From Bacteroidales bacterium (GTDB taxonomy: Bacteria; Bacteroidota; Bacteroidia; Bacteroidales; JAQUTK01), in contig CAXXFJ010000034.1 of the NCBI GenBank assembly GCA_963677415.2, positions 22,146 through 86,145 of the forward strand: a stretch of 64,000 bases of DNA, given 5' to 3'. The notes below the pieces were generated by a model that did not search any database, had not been told where the DNA came from, and worked only from the letters and a program-made list of their open reading frames with translations. The position numbers were made by a program, and so were the translations under genes. This document shows, in pieces, positions 1-8,536 of the stretch; within the stretch, counting starts at the first letter, position 1; the number at the start of each line of letters is the position of its first letter.

Positions 1-42
1 GATATAACCATCACTATTTAAATAACAAATAATCATTTTCTT

Positions 43-903
43 ATGAAAGAACAAATCGCTAAATTTCAAGATCTTATTCTCCCATTGCTTATAACGCACG
101 GAATTAAAATAGTTCTCATTATTTTAGGCTATCTGATTTTGAACAATGTTTTAAAGAAATTGATTCAAAGATCCATCCGAATTTCAGTAAGGACAGGAAA
201 TTATGTATCGAAAGAAGCTGAAACAAAGAGAGAAAATACGTTGATAAGAATTTGTACCGGAGTCACCAGAATCTCCCTGCTTACTATGTCAATATTGATG
301 ATTCTTTCAGAAGTTGGATTAGAAATCGGACCAATCCTTGCAGGTGCCGGAATAGTTGGACTTGCAGTTGGATTTGGAGGTCAGTATCTTATTCGTGACA
401 TTATATCCGGTCTATTTATCATTATTGAAAATCAATATCGCGTAGGCGATGTTGTAAGCTTTGATGGAACGGGTGGACTTGTTGAAGATATTAGTTTAAG
501 AATGACTACAATCAGGGACTTGGATGGAACGGTACATCACATACCTCATGGAGAAATAAAGAAAGTGGCCAATCTTTCAAAAACTTACTCACGAGTAAAT
601 ATGAACATAGGTATTAGCTACAATTCAAATATTGAGCATGTAATTAAAGTGGTTAATCAGATAGGCAAAGAGTTGGCAGAGGATCCAAAATGGAAAGACT
701 CAATTCTCTCACCTCCTCAATTTCTTCGTATTGATGATTTTGCTGATTCTGCAATTATTATCAAGATATTGGGAGATACACAACCAATAAAGCAATGGGA
801 AGTCAGTGGGGAGTTGCGAAAAAGGATAAAAGCTACTTTTGATAGTGAGGGAATAGAGATACCTTTCCCACAAAGAGTGATCCACGCAGCAGTAAAGAAA
901 TGA
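43..903 (+). CDS. Small mechanosensitive ion channel, MscS family (286 aa)
   Basis: ATG at 43. N-terminal TM helices are followed by the MscS beta-domain signature (YRVGDVV..GTGGLVEDISLRMTTIRDLDGTVHHIPHGEI). Confidence 0.9.
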   Translation: MKEQIAKFQDLILPLLITHGIKIVLIILGYLILNNVLKKLIQRSIRISVRTGNYVSKEAETKRENTLIRICTGVTRISLLTMSILMILSEVGLEIGPILAGAGIVGLAVGFGGQYLIRDIISGLFIIIENQYRVGDVVSFDGTGGLVEDISLRMTTIRDLDGTVHHIPHGEIKKVANLSKTYSRVNMNIGISYNSNIEHVIKVVNQIGKELAEDPKWKDSILSPPQFLRIDDFADSAIIIKILGDTQPIKQWEVSGELRKRIKATFDSEGIEIPFPQRVIHAAVKK

Positions 904-1051
904 TGAAGTATCTGTTCTTTCGTGTTGCATTTGTTTCGACTATAAGCTAGATTAGTTCTCAATATATGTAGTCGCTAATTTTTTTGAATCATTGTTTCTA
1001 ACAAACAGATCTGTATTGTGCAGGAATCCATATTCTAATTACGCCGCAAGT

Positions 1052-2941
1052 ATGAAATCTACTCCTATTTTAATTTTGTCACTCTTGCTGTCGCTATTTT
1101 CTGGTTTTGTGATAGCACAATCGGACAGTTCTACTGTTGATCGTGATTCTGTGAATGTTGCGGTTTTGAAAGAGTACAACAAGAGACTGTTGGAATTTGA
1201 GCAGCAACGAGTGGCAGACTCCGTCATGAAGACGGATCTTGAACAGAAACTCAGTTCCCTGAAGAATACAGAGAATCTTCAGAAAACAAAATTATTGGAA
1301 CAGTTGAAGACTATTGAGGAAAATGATAGTCAGAGGAGAGCAACTAAGGATAAACGGATTGACTCTCTTCGAATTAATGCGTTGGGATATCCGGTTGTGA
1401 GTGTAATGAGTGATACTTTATTCTATATCTATTCCAAACTTGGAGCTTCCATGGCTTGGGAGAGGGCTAGAAATGTCTCTGCAAAAATTAAGTTGCTATA
1501 CGAAGATGATTTTCTGAATGTTGACTCGATTCTGGTAGTAAATTCAGAATATACCTATGATATTGTATATAAGGATGCTATTATCATGAGTGTTTCTGAA
1601 ACTGATGCAATTTGGTACAACATGAGTATGGCTGAGCTCAGTAAAGAATGCACGACAAAGATACAACAATCAATTGAGTTAGCGAAAAAGGAAAATAGTT
1701 TGGAAAGAGTTTTAATACGTATCGGACTAGCTTTGCTGGTTGTCGCTTTTGCCTGGATAATATTCCGTCTGGTGCGCAAGGGATATGGCTTGTTGCTGGA
1801 TTATATTCATGTGAATCAAAGCCGATTTCTAAAGAACTTATCTTACAAGGATTACACCTTTCTTTCGGCTGAACAGGAATTGCAAACGACATTGTTCCTT
1901 CTGAAACTCTTTCACTGGTTAGTATATGCGCTTCTGCTTTATCTTACACTTCCGATTGTATTTAGTATTTTCCCGTTCTCGCGTAACTGGGCTGATGCAC
2001 TTTTTATGCTTATCTGGTCTCCATTCAAAGGGATGTTGTTATCTGTTTGGGACTATATGCCCAAGTTATTTACAATCCTGGTTATCTTATTTGTAATGAA
2101 GTATGTGATACGGCTTGTGAAATATATTTTCATGGAGATTGAGTTGGGAAAGTTGAAAATATCCGGGTTTCATCAAGATTGGGCAATACCTACATGGAGT
2201 ATTGTGAGATTCTTACTCTATGCTTTTATGTTCGTTCTGATTTTCCCGTCTTTGCCAGGTTCAAGTTCTAAAGTCTTTCAGGGAGTATCCGTCTTTATAG
2301 GTGTGTTGTTTTCTTTGGGTTCTTCTACAGCTATAGCAAATATGGTGGCAGGTTTGGTGATTACATATATGCGTCCGTTTAAGATTGGAGATCGTATCAT
2401 GATTGGTAATGTTACTGGCGATGTTGTTGAGAAAACGTTGCTTGTTACGCGTATCGTCACGATTAAGAACGAAGTTATTACTATTCCTAACTCTGCTGTT
2501 CTTTCCGGAAATACAACTAATTATAGTATGGGAGCTGAAGAGAAGGGTCTGATAATTCATTCATCTGTTAGCATTGGTTATGATGTGCCATGGAAAGAGG
2601 TGAGTGGAGCTCTGATAGAAGCTGCATTACGTACTCCGATGGTGATGAAGAGACCGGTACCTTTTGTATTACAAACAAGTTTGGATGATTTCTATGTAGT
2701 ATATCAAATCAATTGCTATACGAAAGAAGCCAGCAAACAAGCCTTAATATATTCATCTTTACATCAGCATATTTTGGATGTATGTAATGAAAAGGGAATT
2801 GAGATTATGTCTCCACACTACCGTTCAGAAAGGGATGGTAATAAAATTGCGATTCCAGATGAGTATCTTTCGAAGATTCTTCATGATTCGAAGACGGAGG
2901 TGGAACTGAAAGTTGATGAAGGAACAAATGAGAAACAATAA
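1052..2941 (+). CDS. Large mechanosensitive ion channel family protein (MscS-like C-terminal module, coiled-coil N-terminal region)
   Basis: The track ORF starts at a TTG (992). The ATG at 1052 gives a signal-like N-terminus (MKSTPILILSLLLSLFSGFVIAQ). The C-terminal part has multiple TM helices and the MscS motif GDRIMIGNVTGDVVEKTLLVTRIVTIKNEVITIPNS. Confidence 0.88.
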   Translation: MKSTPILILSLLLSLFSGFVIAQSDSSTVDRDSVNVAVLKEYNKRLLEFEQQRVADSVMKTDLEQKLSSLKNTENLQKTKLLEQLKTIEENDSQRRATKDKRIDSLRINALGYPVVSVMSDTLFYIYSKLGASMAWERARNVSAKIKLLYEDDFLNVDSILVVNSEYTYDIVYKDAIIMSVSETDAIWYNMSMAELSKECTTKIQQSIELAKKENSLERVLIRIGLALLVVAFAWIIFRLVRKGYGLLLDYIHVNQSRFLKNLSYKDYTFLSAEQELQTTLFLLKLFHWLVYALLLYLTLPIVFSIFPFSRNWADALFMLIWSPFKGMLLSVWDYMPKLFTILVILFVMKYVIRLVKYIFMEIELGKLKISGFHQDWAIPTWSIVRFLLYAFMFVLIFPSLPGSSSKVFQGVSVFIGVLFSLGSSTAIANMVAGLVITYMRPFKIGDRIMIGNVTGDVVEKTLLVTRIVTIKNEVITIPNSAVLSGNTTNYSMGAEEKGLIIHSSVSIGYDVPWKEVSGALIEAALRTPMVMKRPVPFVLQTSLDDFYVVYQINCYTKEASKQALIYSSLHQHILDVCNEKGIEIMSPHYRSERDGNKIAIPDEYLSKILHDSKTEVELKVDEGTNEKQ

Positions 2942-2980
2942 CGGCTTTTACAAATAAAACTAACTAAAACATCTAAAACA

Positions 2981-3556
2981 ATGAACTTAAAGAAACTGGA
3001 AAAATTAAACGACCTACGTAAAAATGGTGCACTTACAGAAGAAGAATTTCAACAGGAGAAACAAAAGCTGATGAATGAGACTAGCTCTTCTTCTGCTCCT
3101 GCAGGAGATATACCCTTTAATCTGACGGAAAATACGTATATGGGATTGATGAATCTGATTGTTCTGCTGCCTTATATTGGGTGGATCCTATCAATTATTG
3201 CGTGGGTACTTGGCAAGGAAAAATCCGAAAAGATTGATATTCAAGGAAAGAATATCTTGAACTGGATGATCAGTTATTTGATCTATGCCATTGGTCTCTC
3301 ATTTATTCTGATGTTCATATCTATCATCGGTGGAGCTGCAATGTTCGGTATGGGAATGATGGGTATGAATGGTATGGGTATGCATGGTATAGGTATGGGA
3401 GGACTGGGAATATTTGGAGCATTAAGTGCTGTTGGATTTTCCGGATTTGGATTGGTTGTAGTTCTTTTTGTTGTCATTCTTCCAATTATTGGAGCAATTA
3501 AAGGCTTTAATGGTAATACGTTCCGTTATCCGCTGACCATTTCCTTTATCAAGTAA
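2981..3556 (+). CDS. SHOCT-domain / DUF4870-like membrane protein with a Met-Gly-rich segment (191 aa)
   Basis: The N-terminus (LEKLNDLRKNGALTEEEFQQEKQKLM) is a typical SHOCT short C-terminal-type helix pair. It is followed by 3-4 TM helices and the segment MFGMGMMGMNGMGMHGIGMGG. Confidence 0.75.
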   Translation: MNLKKLEKLNDLRKNGALTEEEFQQEKQKLMNETSSSSAPAGDIPFNLTENTYMGLMNLIVLLPYIGWILSIIAWVLGKEKSEKIDIQGKNILNWMISYLIYAIGLSFILMFISIIGGAAMFGMGMMGMNGMGMHGIGMGGLGIFGALSAVGFSGFGLVVVLFVVILPIIGAIKGFNGNTFRYPLTISFIK

Positions 3557-3574
3557 GTTTCAGATATTTATAGT

Positions 3575-3610
3575 AGAAGGCCGGTTGCACAATGCAGCCG
3601 GCCTTCTTTT
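3575..3610. terminator. Bidirectional rho-independent terminator between convergent genes
   Basis: Perfect 10-bp GC-rich stem AGAAGGCCGG (3575-3584) / CCGGCCTTCT (3598-3607) followed by TTT. It lies between the stop at 3556 (+) and the stop at 3624 (-). Confidence 0.7.
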
Positions 3611-3623
3611 GATATTACAGGGC

Positions 3624-4631
3624 TTAGGGTCTTTCAATAGTCCCGTCCGCATGACGTGCGAACCGGGGTTTCTTCTTTGTGCAAACAGGGTCTTCAACAT
3701 CCCATGGCCAGCCACCAAAGCGAGTCTTCTGATAGTCCTCATACGCTTGTTGAACTTCTGGCATGCTGTTCATTACAAACGGTCCGTACACTGCTATTGG
3801 TTCGTTTATGGGTTCTCCTTCTAACAAAAGCAGATGGGCACGTTTCTTACCATTCTTTATAAAGATATCGGCATTACCATCAAGGTCGGCACAGTATCCT
3901 TTTTTCAGCACTTCCTCATAGATAGTCAGTTTCTCTCCTTCAAAGAAGTAGAGCATCCGGTTGAGCGTGGGAGAGATAGGGGGCAGGATAACGGTTGCTT
4001 CAGCTTCCATATCGATCACCCAGATACCAACATGATGACTACGATCTGCAGCCCATGATGCAGGAGGTGGTTCGAGACTCTTTTCACCTTTGCAGGTACC
4101 AGCTACGAGCTTGATGCGAGCAGTCTTTCCAGCTTCATTGGTTTGCACCAGAAGAGGTGTCTTTTCATTCCATAACATCCTGTAAGCAGGAGTTGCAAAC
4201 TTATCTTTCTGTGGTAGATTGAGCCATATCTGGAATAATTCCATCGGATTAGCTCCTTCCTCATTCAATAAAGGAAACATTTCCGAATGTTGAATGCCCG
4301 ATCCGGCAGTCATCCACTGCACATCTCCTTTGCCATAACGTCCTTGTGATCCTCTTGAGTCTGAATGATCCACAAAACCTTTGGTGACAACCGTAATGGT
4401 TTCAAAACCCCGGTGTGGATGAACGGGGAAGCCGGGAATCTTATCTCCATAATACATCCGCCAAGGGGCATGGTGATTAAAATCATTGCCGATACTTCGT
4501 CCAGGAAGGTAGTGCACCGGTTCCATCTTGGTATTACCGGTGGGAAAGGAATCCTTATGGTGCATACAAGCAATAAACGGACTCTTTACGATGAGCTGAA
4601 ATCCCATCTTCTCAATGTGCATTGTTTTCAT
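3624..4631 (-). CDS. Pirin family protein (bicupin)
   Basis: Contains the pirin cupin motif (FPVHPHRGFETITVV...GDVQWMTAGSGIQHSE). The track start at 4640 is a TTG; the ATG at 4631 (MKTMHIEK) is preferred. Confidence 0.88.
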   Translation of the reverse strand: MKTMHIEKMGFQLIVKSPFIACMHHKDSFPTGNTKMEPVHYLPGRSIGNDFNHHAPWRMYYGDKIPGFPVHPHRGFETITVVTKGFVDHSDSRGSQGRYGKGDVQWMTAGSGIQHSEMFPLLNEEGANPMELFQIWLNLPQKDKFATPAYRMLWNEKTPLLVQTNEAGKTARIKLVAGTCKGEKSLEPPPASWAADRSHHVGIWVIDMEAEATVILPPISPTLNRMLYFFEGEKLTIYEEVLKKGYCADLDGNADIFIKNGKKRAHLLLLEGEPINEPIAVYGPFVMNSMPEVQQAYEDYQKTRFGGWPWDVEDPVCTKKKPRFARHADGTIERP

Positions 4632-4697
4632 AGGGCTCAATTATAAGTATTCTTAATCTCCCTTTATGGGTGAATGCTATCTGGTTACCTTAGAATC

Positions 4698-4705
4698 ACA
4701 AAGAT
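4698..4705 (-). promoter_or_regulatory. Bacteroidota -7 promoter box (TAtcTTTG on the minus strand) for the pirin gene
   Basis: The plus strand reads CAAAGATA, the reverse complement of the TAnnTTTG consensus. It lies ~65 nt upstream of the ATG at 4631. Confidence 0.45.
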
Positions 4706-4752
4706 ATAAATTATATGACAGTAAGCAACTATAGTATATAAAGATAAAATTA

Positions 4753-4760
4753 TATCTTTG
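4753..4760 (+). promoter_or_regulatory. Bacteroidota -7 promoter box TATCTTTG for the alcohol dehydrogenase gene
   Basis: Exact TAnnTTTG match 22 nt upstream of the ATG at 4782. Confidence 0.5.
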
Positions 4761-4781
4761 CGAGTATTAAACATCAGAAAT

Positions 4782-5954
4782 ATGAAACAAAAAATTATGG
4801 ATCAATATCTCCCTACCAGATTGATTTTCGGTTGTGGAAGTATTGAGAAGCTTGGAAATATGACTCTTCCGGGCAAGAGAGCGTTAGTGGTTGTCTCATC
4901 TGGAACTTCCATGCACCTATTTGGATACCTGGATAAGGTGAAAGAAGCTCTGAAAGCTAATAATGTAGAAGTGATCGTGTACGATAAAGTGCAGTCTAAT
5001 CCGATAAAGAGTCATGTCATGGACGCTGCTGCAATCTGCCGGAATGAAAAATGCGATTTTATAATCGGATTGGGTGGTGGTAGTTCGATTGATTCGGCTA
5101 AGGCAATAGCTGTAATGGCTTGTAATGAGGGTGATTATTGGGACTATGTAGGTGGGGGATCAGGTAAAGGGAAACCGACTATTGGTGGAGCCTTGCCTGT
5201 GATAGCAATTCCAACAACTGCAGGGACTGGGACAGAGATGGATCCGTGGACTGTGATTACCAATGAAGAGAAACAGGAGAAGATTGGTTTTGGAAATAAC
5301 TTTACCTTTCCCGTTTGTTCCATAGTGGATCCTGAACTGATGCTTTCTGTGCCACCTGTATTTACAGCTTACCAGGGATTTGATGCCTTTTTTCATGCTG
5401 CGGAAGGGTTTATTGCAAACATTGCAACTCCGCTCAGCGAACTCTATTCGCTGGAGAGCATCCGTCTGCTATCCAATTATCTGCATAAAGCTGTGGCAGA
5501 TGGAAGTGATGTTGAAGCTCGTACAAAAGTGGCTTGGGCAAGTACTCTTTCGGGAATGGTGGAATCGACTTCAAGCTGTACGTCTGAACACTCATTGGAA
5601 CATGCTATGAGTGCTTATTATCCGGCACTTCCTCACGGAGCCGGATTGATAGCAATCTCTTTGGCTTATTTCTCTCACTTCGTATATGATGTGCCTGAAC
5701 GCTATATAAAGATGGCGGAAGTGATGACTGGAAAGAAGGTGACGGATCCGAATGAGTTTATCCATGCGTTGGCCGCTATGCAGGTGAGATGCCGGGTGGA
5801 TACTATCAGACTTTCAGACTATGGTATCAAAAGTGCCGATCTGCCACGCTTTGTGACAAATGCAACTGAGACAATGGGAAAGCTTTTCGAGTTTGATCCA
5901 CAGTCACTTACAGAAAGTGAGAAACTCGATATCTACAAAAAGTCATACAAATAG
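4782..5954 (+). CDS. Iron-containing (group III) alcohol dehydrogenase
   Basis: Fe-ADH motifs are present: GLGGGSSIDSAKAIA, PTTAGTGTE and the His-rich metal site (FFHAAEG, EHSLEHAMS). The track start at 4758 is a TTG; the ATG at 4782 follows the promoter box. Confidence 0.92.
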   Translation: MKQKIMDQYLPTRLIFGCGSIEKLGNMTLPGKRALVVVSSGTSMHLFGYLDKVKEALKANNVEVIVYDKVQSNPIKSHVMDAAAICRNEKCDFIIGLGGGSSIDSAKAIAVMACNEGDYWDYVGGGSGKGKPTIGGALPVIAIPTTAGTGTEMDPWTVITNEEKQEKIGFGNNFTFPVCSIVDPELMLSVPPVFTAYQGFDAFFHAAEGFIANIATPLSELYSLESIRLLSNYLHKAVADGSDVEARTKVAWASTLSGMVESTSSCTSEHSLEHAMSAYYPALPHGAGLIAISLAYFSHFVYDVPERYIKMAEVMTGKKVTDPNEFIHALAAMQVRCRVDTIRLSDYGIKSADLPRFVTNATETMGKLFEFDPQSLTESEKLDIYKKSYK

Positions 5955-6015
5955 TTATTCGCCCTATAATTTATATATATACATCAAAATAGTTGAACAT
6001 CTAATACCTATAGAA

Positions 6016-8427
6016 ATGAAAAAAGTATCTTCTGCTGTCCTTTTGATTGCAATGCTTACTGTCTCCATGGCAGTGAAGTCACAGGTCTCTTTCGGTCACC
6101 CCGAACTGATAAACAATGATTGGAAATTTATTCTTGAGGATGTAAAAGGGGGAGAGGAATCTACCTTTAACGATGAGAGATGGCGCTCTATCGATTTGCC
6201 TCACGACTGGAGTGTGACCCGACAAATGAGTCCGGCACTTGCCAGTAGCACCGGTTTCTTGCCGGGTGGAATTGCTTGGTATCGCAAACATCTAACTCTA
6301 CCTGTTGAGAAAAAAGAGCGGAAGTTTTATCTCTATTTCGAGGGTGTATATAATCACAGTGAAGTGTTTGTCAATGGGCATTCTCTGGGTATGCGCCCGA
6401 ACGGATATATTTCTTTTATGTATGATGCGACTCCCTGGCTGAAGTTTGGCGAGGAGAATGTGATTGCTGTACGTGTTGATCACAGCATTGATGATGATAG
6501 CAGATGGTACACTGGCTCAGGGATTGACCGCAATGTATGGCTGGTAGAGGCAGGTGGAGTACATATTGATCAGTGGGGTGTTTTTTTTCAGACGCCGGAG
6601 GTGAGCAGCAAAGAGGCAATTGTCAATGTACAGGTGGCAGTTTCAAATGTTACAAAGGCTCCAGCAGCTATCAAAGTAAAACTCACGCTGAAAGATAAGA
6701 ACGGTAAGAACGTAGCTTCATCTTTCTATTCAGTAAAGAGTGCTGCGTCTGCTGTGACTCCTTCTTCGGCTAAAATGAAAGTGATGAATCCTGATTTGTG
6801 GTCTCCTTCCACACCCAACTTATATCGTCTGACCACAGAATTGTATCAGGGGAAGAAACTGATTGATAGCAGTTCGCAGGCTTTAGGTATTCGCACGATG
6901 ACGTATGATGCCAACAAAGGTTTTGCGCTCAATGGTGTACCCATGAAGATGAAGGGCGTTTGTTTACATGAAGATGCCGGCGTTCTGGGCAATGCGGTGC
7001 CTCGTGAAGTATGGAAGCGCAAACTGATTACATTGAAAGAAATAGGTTGCAATGCGATACGTATGAGCCATAATCCACATGTGCCCGCCTTGTACGACTT
7101 GTGCGATGAGATCGGTTTTCTTGTGATTGATGAAGGATATGATGAATGGGAACTTCCTAAAAAGAAGTGGATAGAAGGATGGAATCAGGGAACTCCGGGA
7201 TTGAATGGTACTTCATCTTACTTTAAGGAATGGTATGAAGCTGACTTGCGCGACTTAGTGCTTCGTGACCGTAATCATCCTTCTATTGTGATGTGGAGCA
7301 TTGGTAATGAGATCGATTATCCGAATGATCCGTATTCCCATCCAGTGATGGAAAAAGGAAAGATTAATCAACCAGTCCAAGGTGCTTATGTGGAGGAACG
7401 TCCAAATGCAGAGCGGCTGGGCGTGATTGCCAAACAGCTGGTACCTGTTGTGAAGAAGTATGATACGACACGTCCGGTCACAGCTGCTTTGGCGGGTGTT
7501 ATCATGTCTAATGAGACGGAGTATCCCGGTGCTTTGGATGTAGTAGGTTACAATTATACGGAGAATCGCTATGCGGAGGATCATAAGAAGTATCCGAATC
7601 GTATCTTATATGGTAGTGAGAATGGACATTCCTTTGAAGCATGGACTGCTGTAAGAGATAATGAGTATATTATCGGCCAGTTCCTGTGGACGGGTATTGA
7701 TTATTTGGGAGAAGCAAGAGCCTATCCTTCAAGAGGTTCGTCTTCCGGTCTGCTTGATATAGCTGGTTTCCGCAAACCGAATTCCTATATGCGGGCTTCC
7801 TTGTGGAGTGATAAACCGATGTGTTATCTGGGCACTTATTCTATGTCCAGAAACTCTATGAGAGGGTCTCGCGAGGGAGGATGGCCTTTGTGGAATTATG
7901 AAGCCGGACAACAAGTGCGTGTGGTTTGCAATACAAACTGTGCTGAGACGAAGTTGCTACTGAACGGTAAACAAGTGGGAGAGGTTCAGAAACTGGATAA
8001 GACGAAGGAGTCAATATCGTGGGAAGTACCTTATGAAGCGGGTAAACTGGAAGCTGTGGGTATGAATGATGGAAAGGAAGTATGCAGATATGTTATTCAG
8101 ACCTATGGTCGTCCGGCTGCGATAAAAGTCAATGTGGAGTCTGAACCCGGTGATGAAGTGCAACAGATTGTTGTGCAGATTGTCGATGAGCAGGGAATTC
8201 CGGTGCTTCTTGCAGATGATGAGGTAACTTGTTCCATGGATGGTGAGGCCAAACTGCTGGGTATGGAATCGGGTGATATGAGTATTACTGATAATTTGAG
8301 TGATCGTAGTCAGAGGGTTTACAAAGGACGTTTACTGGCTTATGTGCGCAATCCACAAGGAGGACGCGCGGTAGTTCGCTTCACAGCCCCTTGGTTGAAA
8401 ACTGCTGAAGTCGTGATAGGAAAATAA
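6016..8427 (+). CDS. Glycoside hydrolase family 2 (beta-galactosidase-like), secreted
   Basis: The ATG at 6016 gives a signal peptide (MKKVSSAVLLIAMLTVSMAVKSQ). GH2 motifs DLPHDW, NAIRMSHNPH and WSIGNE are present. The 5' 52 codons of the track ORF overlap the ADH gene and are rejected. Confidence 0.92.
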   Translation: MKKVSSAVLLIAMLTVSMAVKSQVSFGHPELINNDWKFILEDVKGGEESTFNDERWRSIDLPHDWSVTRQMSPALASSTGFLPGGIAWYRKHLTLPVEKKERKFYLYFEGVYNHSEVFVNGHSLGMRPNGYISFMYDATPWLKFGEENVIAVRVDHSIDDDSRWYTGSGIDRNVWLVEAGGVHIDQWGVFFQTPEVSSKEAIVNVQVAVSNVTKAPAAIKVKLTLKDKNGKNVASSFYSVKSAASAVTPSSAKMKVMNPDLWSPSTPNLYRLTTELYQGKKLIDSSSQALGIRTMTYDANKGFALNGVPMKMKGVCLHEDAGVLGNAVPREVWKRKLITLKEIGCNAIRMSHNPHVPALYDLCDEIGFLVIDEGYDEWELPKKKWIEGWNQGTPGLNGTSSYFKEWYEADLRDLVLRDRNHPSIVMWSIGNEIDYPNDPYSHPVMEKGKINQPVQGAYVEERPNAERLGVIAKQLVPVVKKYDTTRPVTAALAGVIMSNETEYPGALDVVGYNYTENRYAEDHKKYPNRILYGSENGHSFEAWTAVRDNEYIIGQFLWTGIDYLGEARAYPSRGSSSGLLDIAGFRKPNSYMRASLWSDKPMCYLGTYSMSRNSMRGSREGGWPLWNYEAGQQVRVVCNTNCAETKLLLNGKQVGEVQKLDKTKESISWEVPYEAGKLEAVGMNDGKEVCRYVIQTYGRPAAIKVNVESEPGDEVQQIVVQIVDEQGIPVLLADDEVTCSMDGEAKLLGMESGDMSITDNLSDRSQRVYKGRLLAYVRNPQGGRAVVRFTAPWLKTAEVVIGK

Positions 8428-8536
8428 GAATCCACAATTCGTTTGTGACTTTTATGCGTATATAAATAGTTTGTAATAGATTGAGTGTAATCGGAAAGAG
8501 GTTCGTATCTTATGTAATAACAAATTTAAATACGTG

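Noticed and set aside
3585-4058. Plus-strand ORFs (3585-3824, 3656-3862, 3834-4058) opposite the pirin gene
   Set aside because: They are nested antisense to a clear bicupin pirin CDS, and the first one starts inside the bidirectional terminator.
5860-6015. N-terminal extensions of track ORFs: GH2 from 5860, GH97 to 30460, nuoM from 56635, MscS from 992, murB from 37994
   Set aside because: The extensions overlap upstream genes or terminators and begin at non-ATG codons. Internal ATGs give proper signal peptides or family-typical N-termini.
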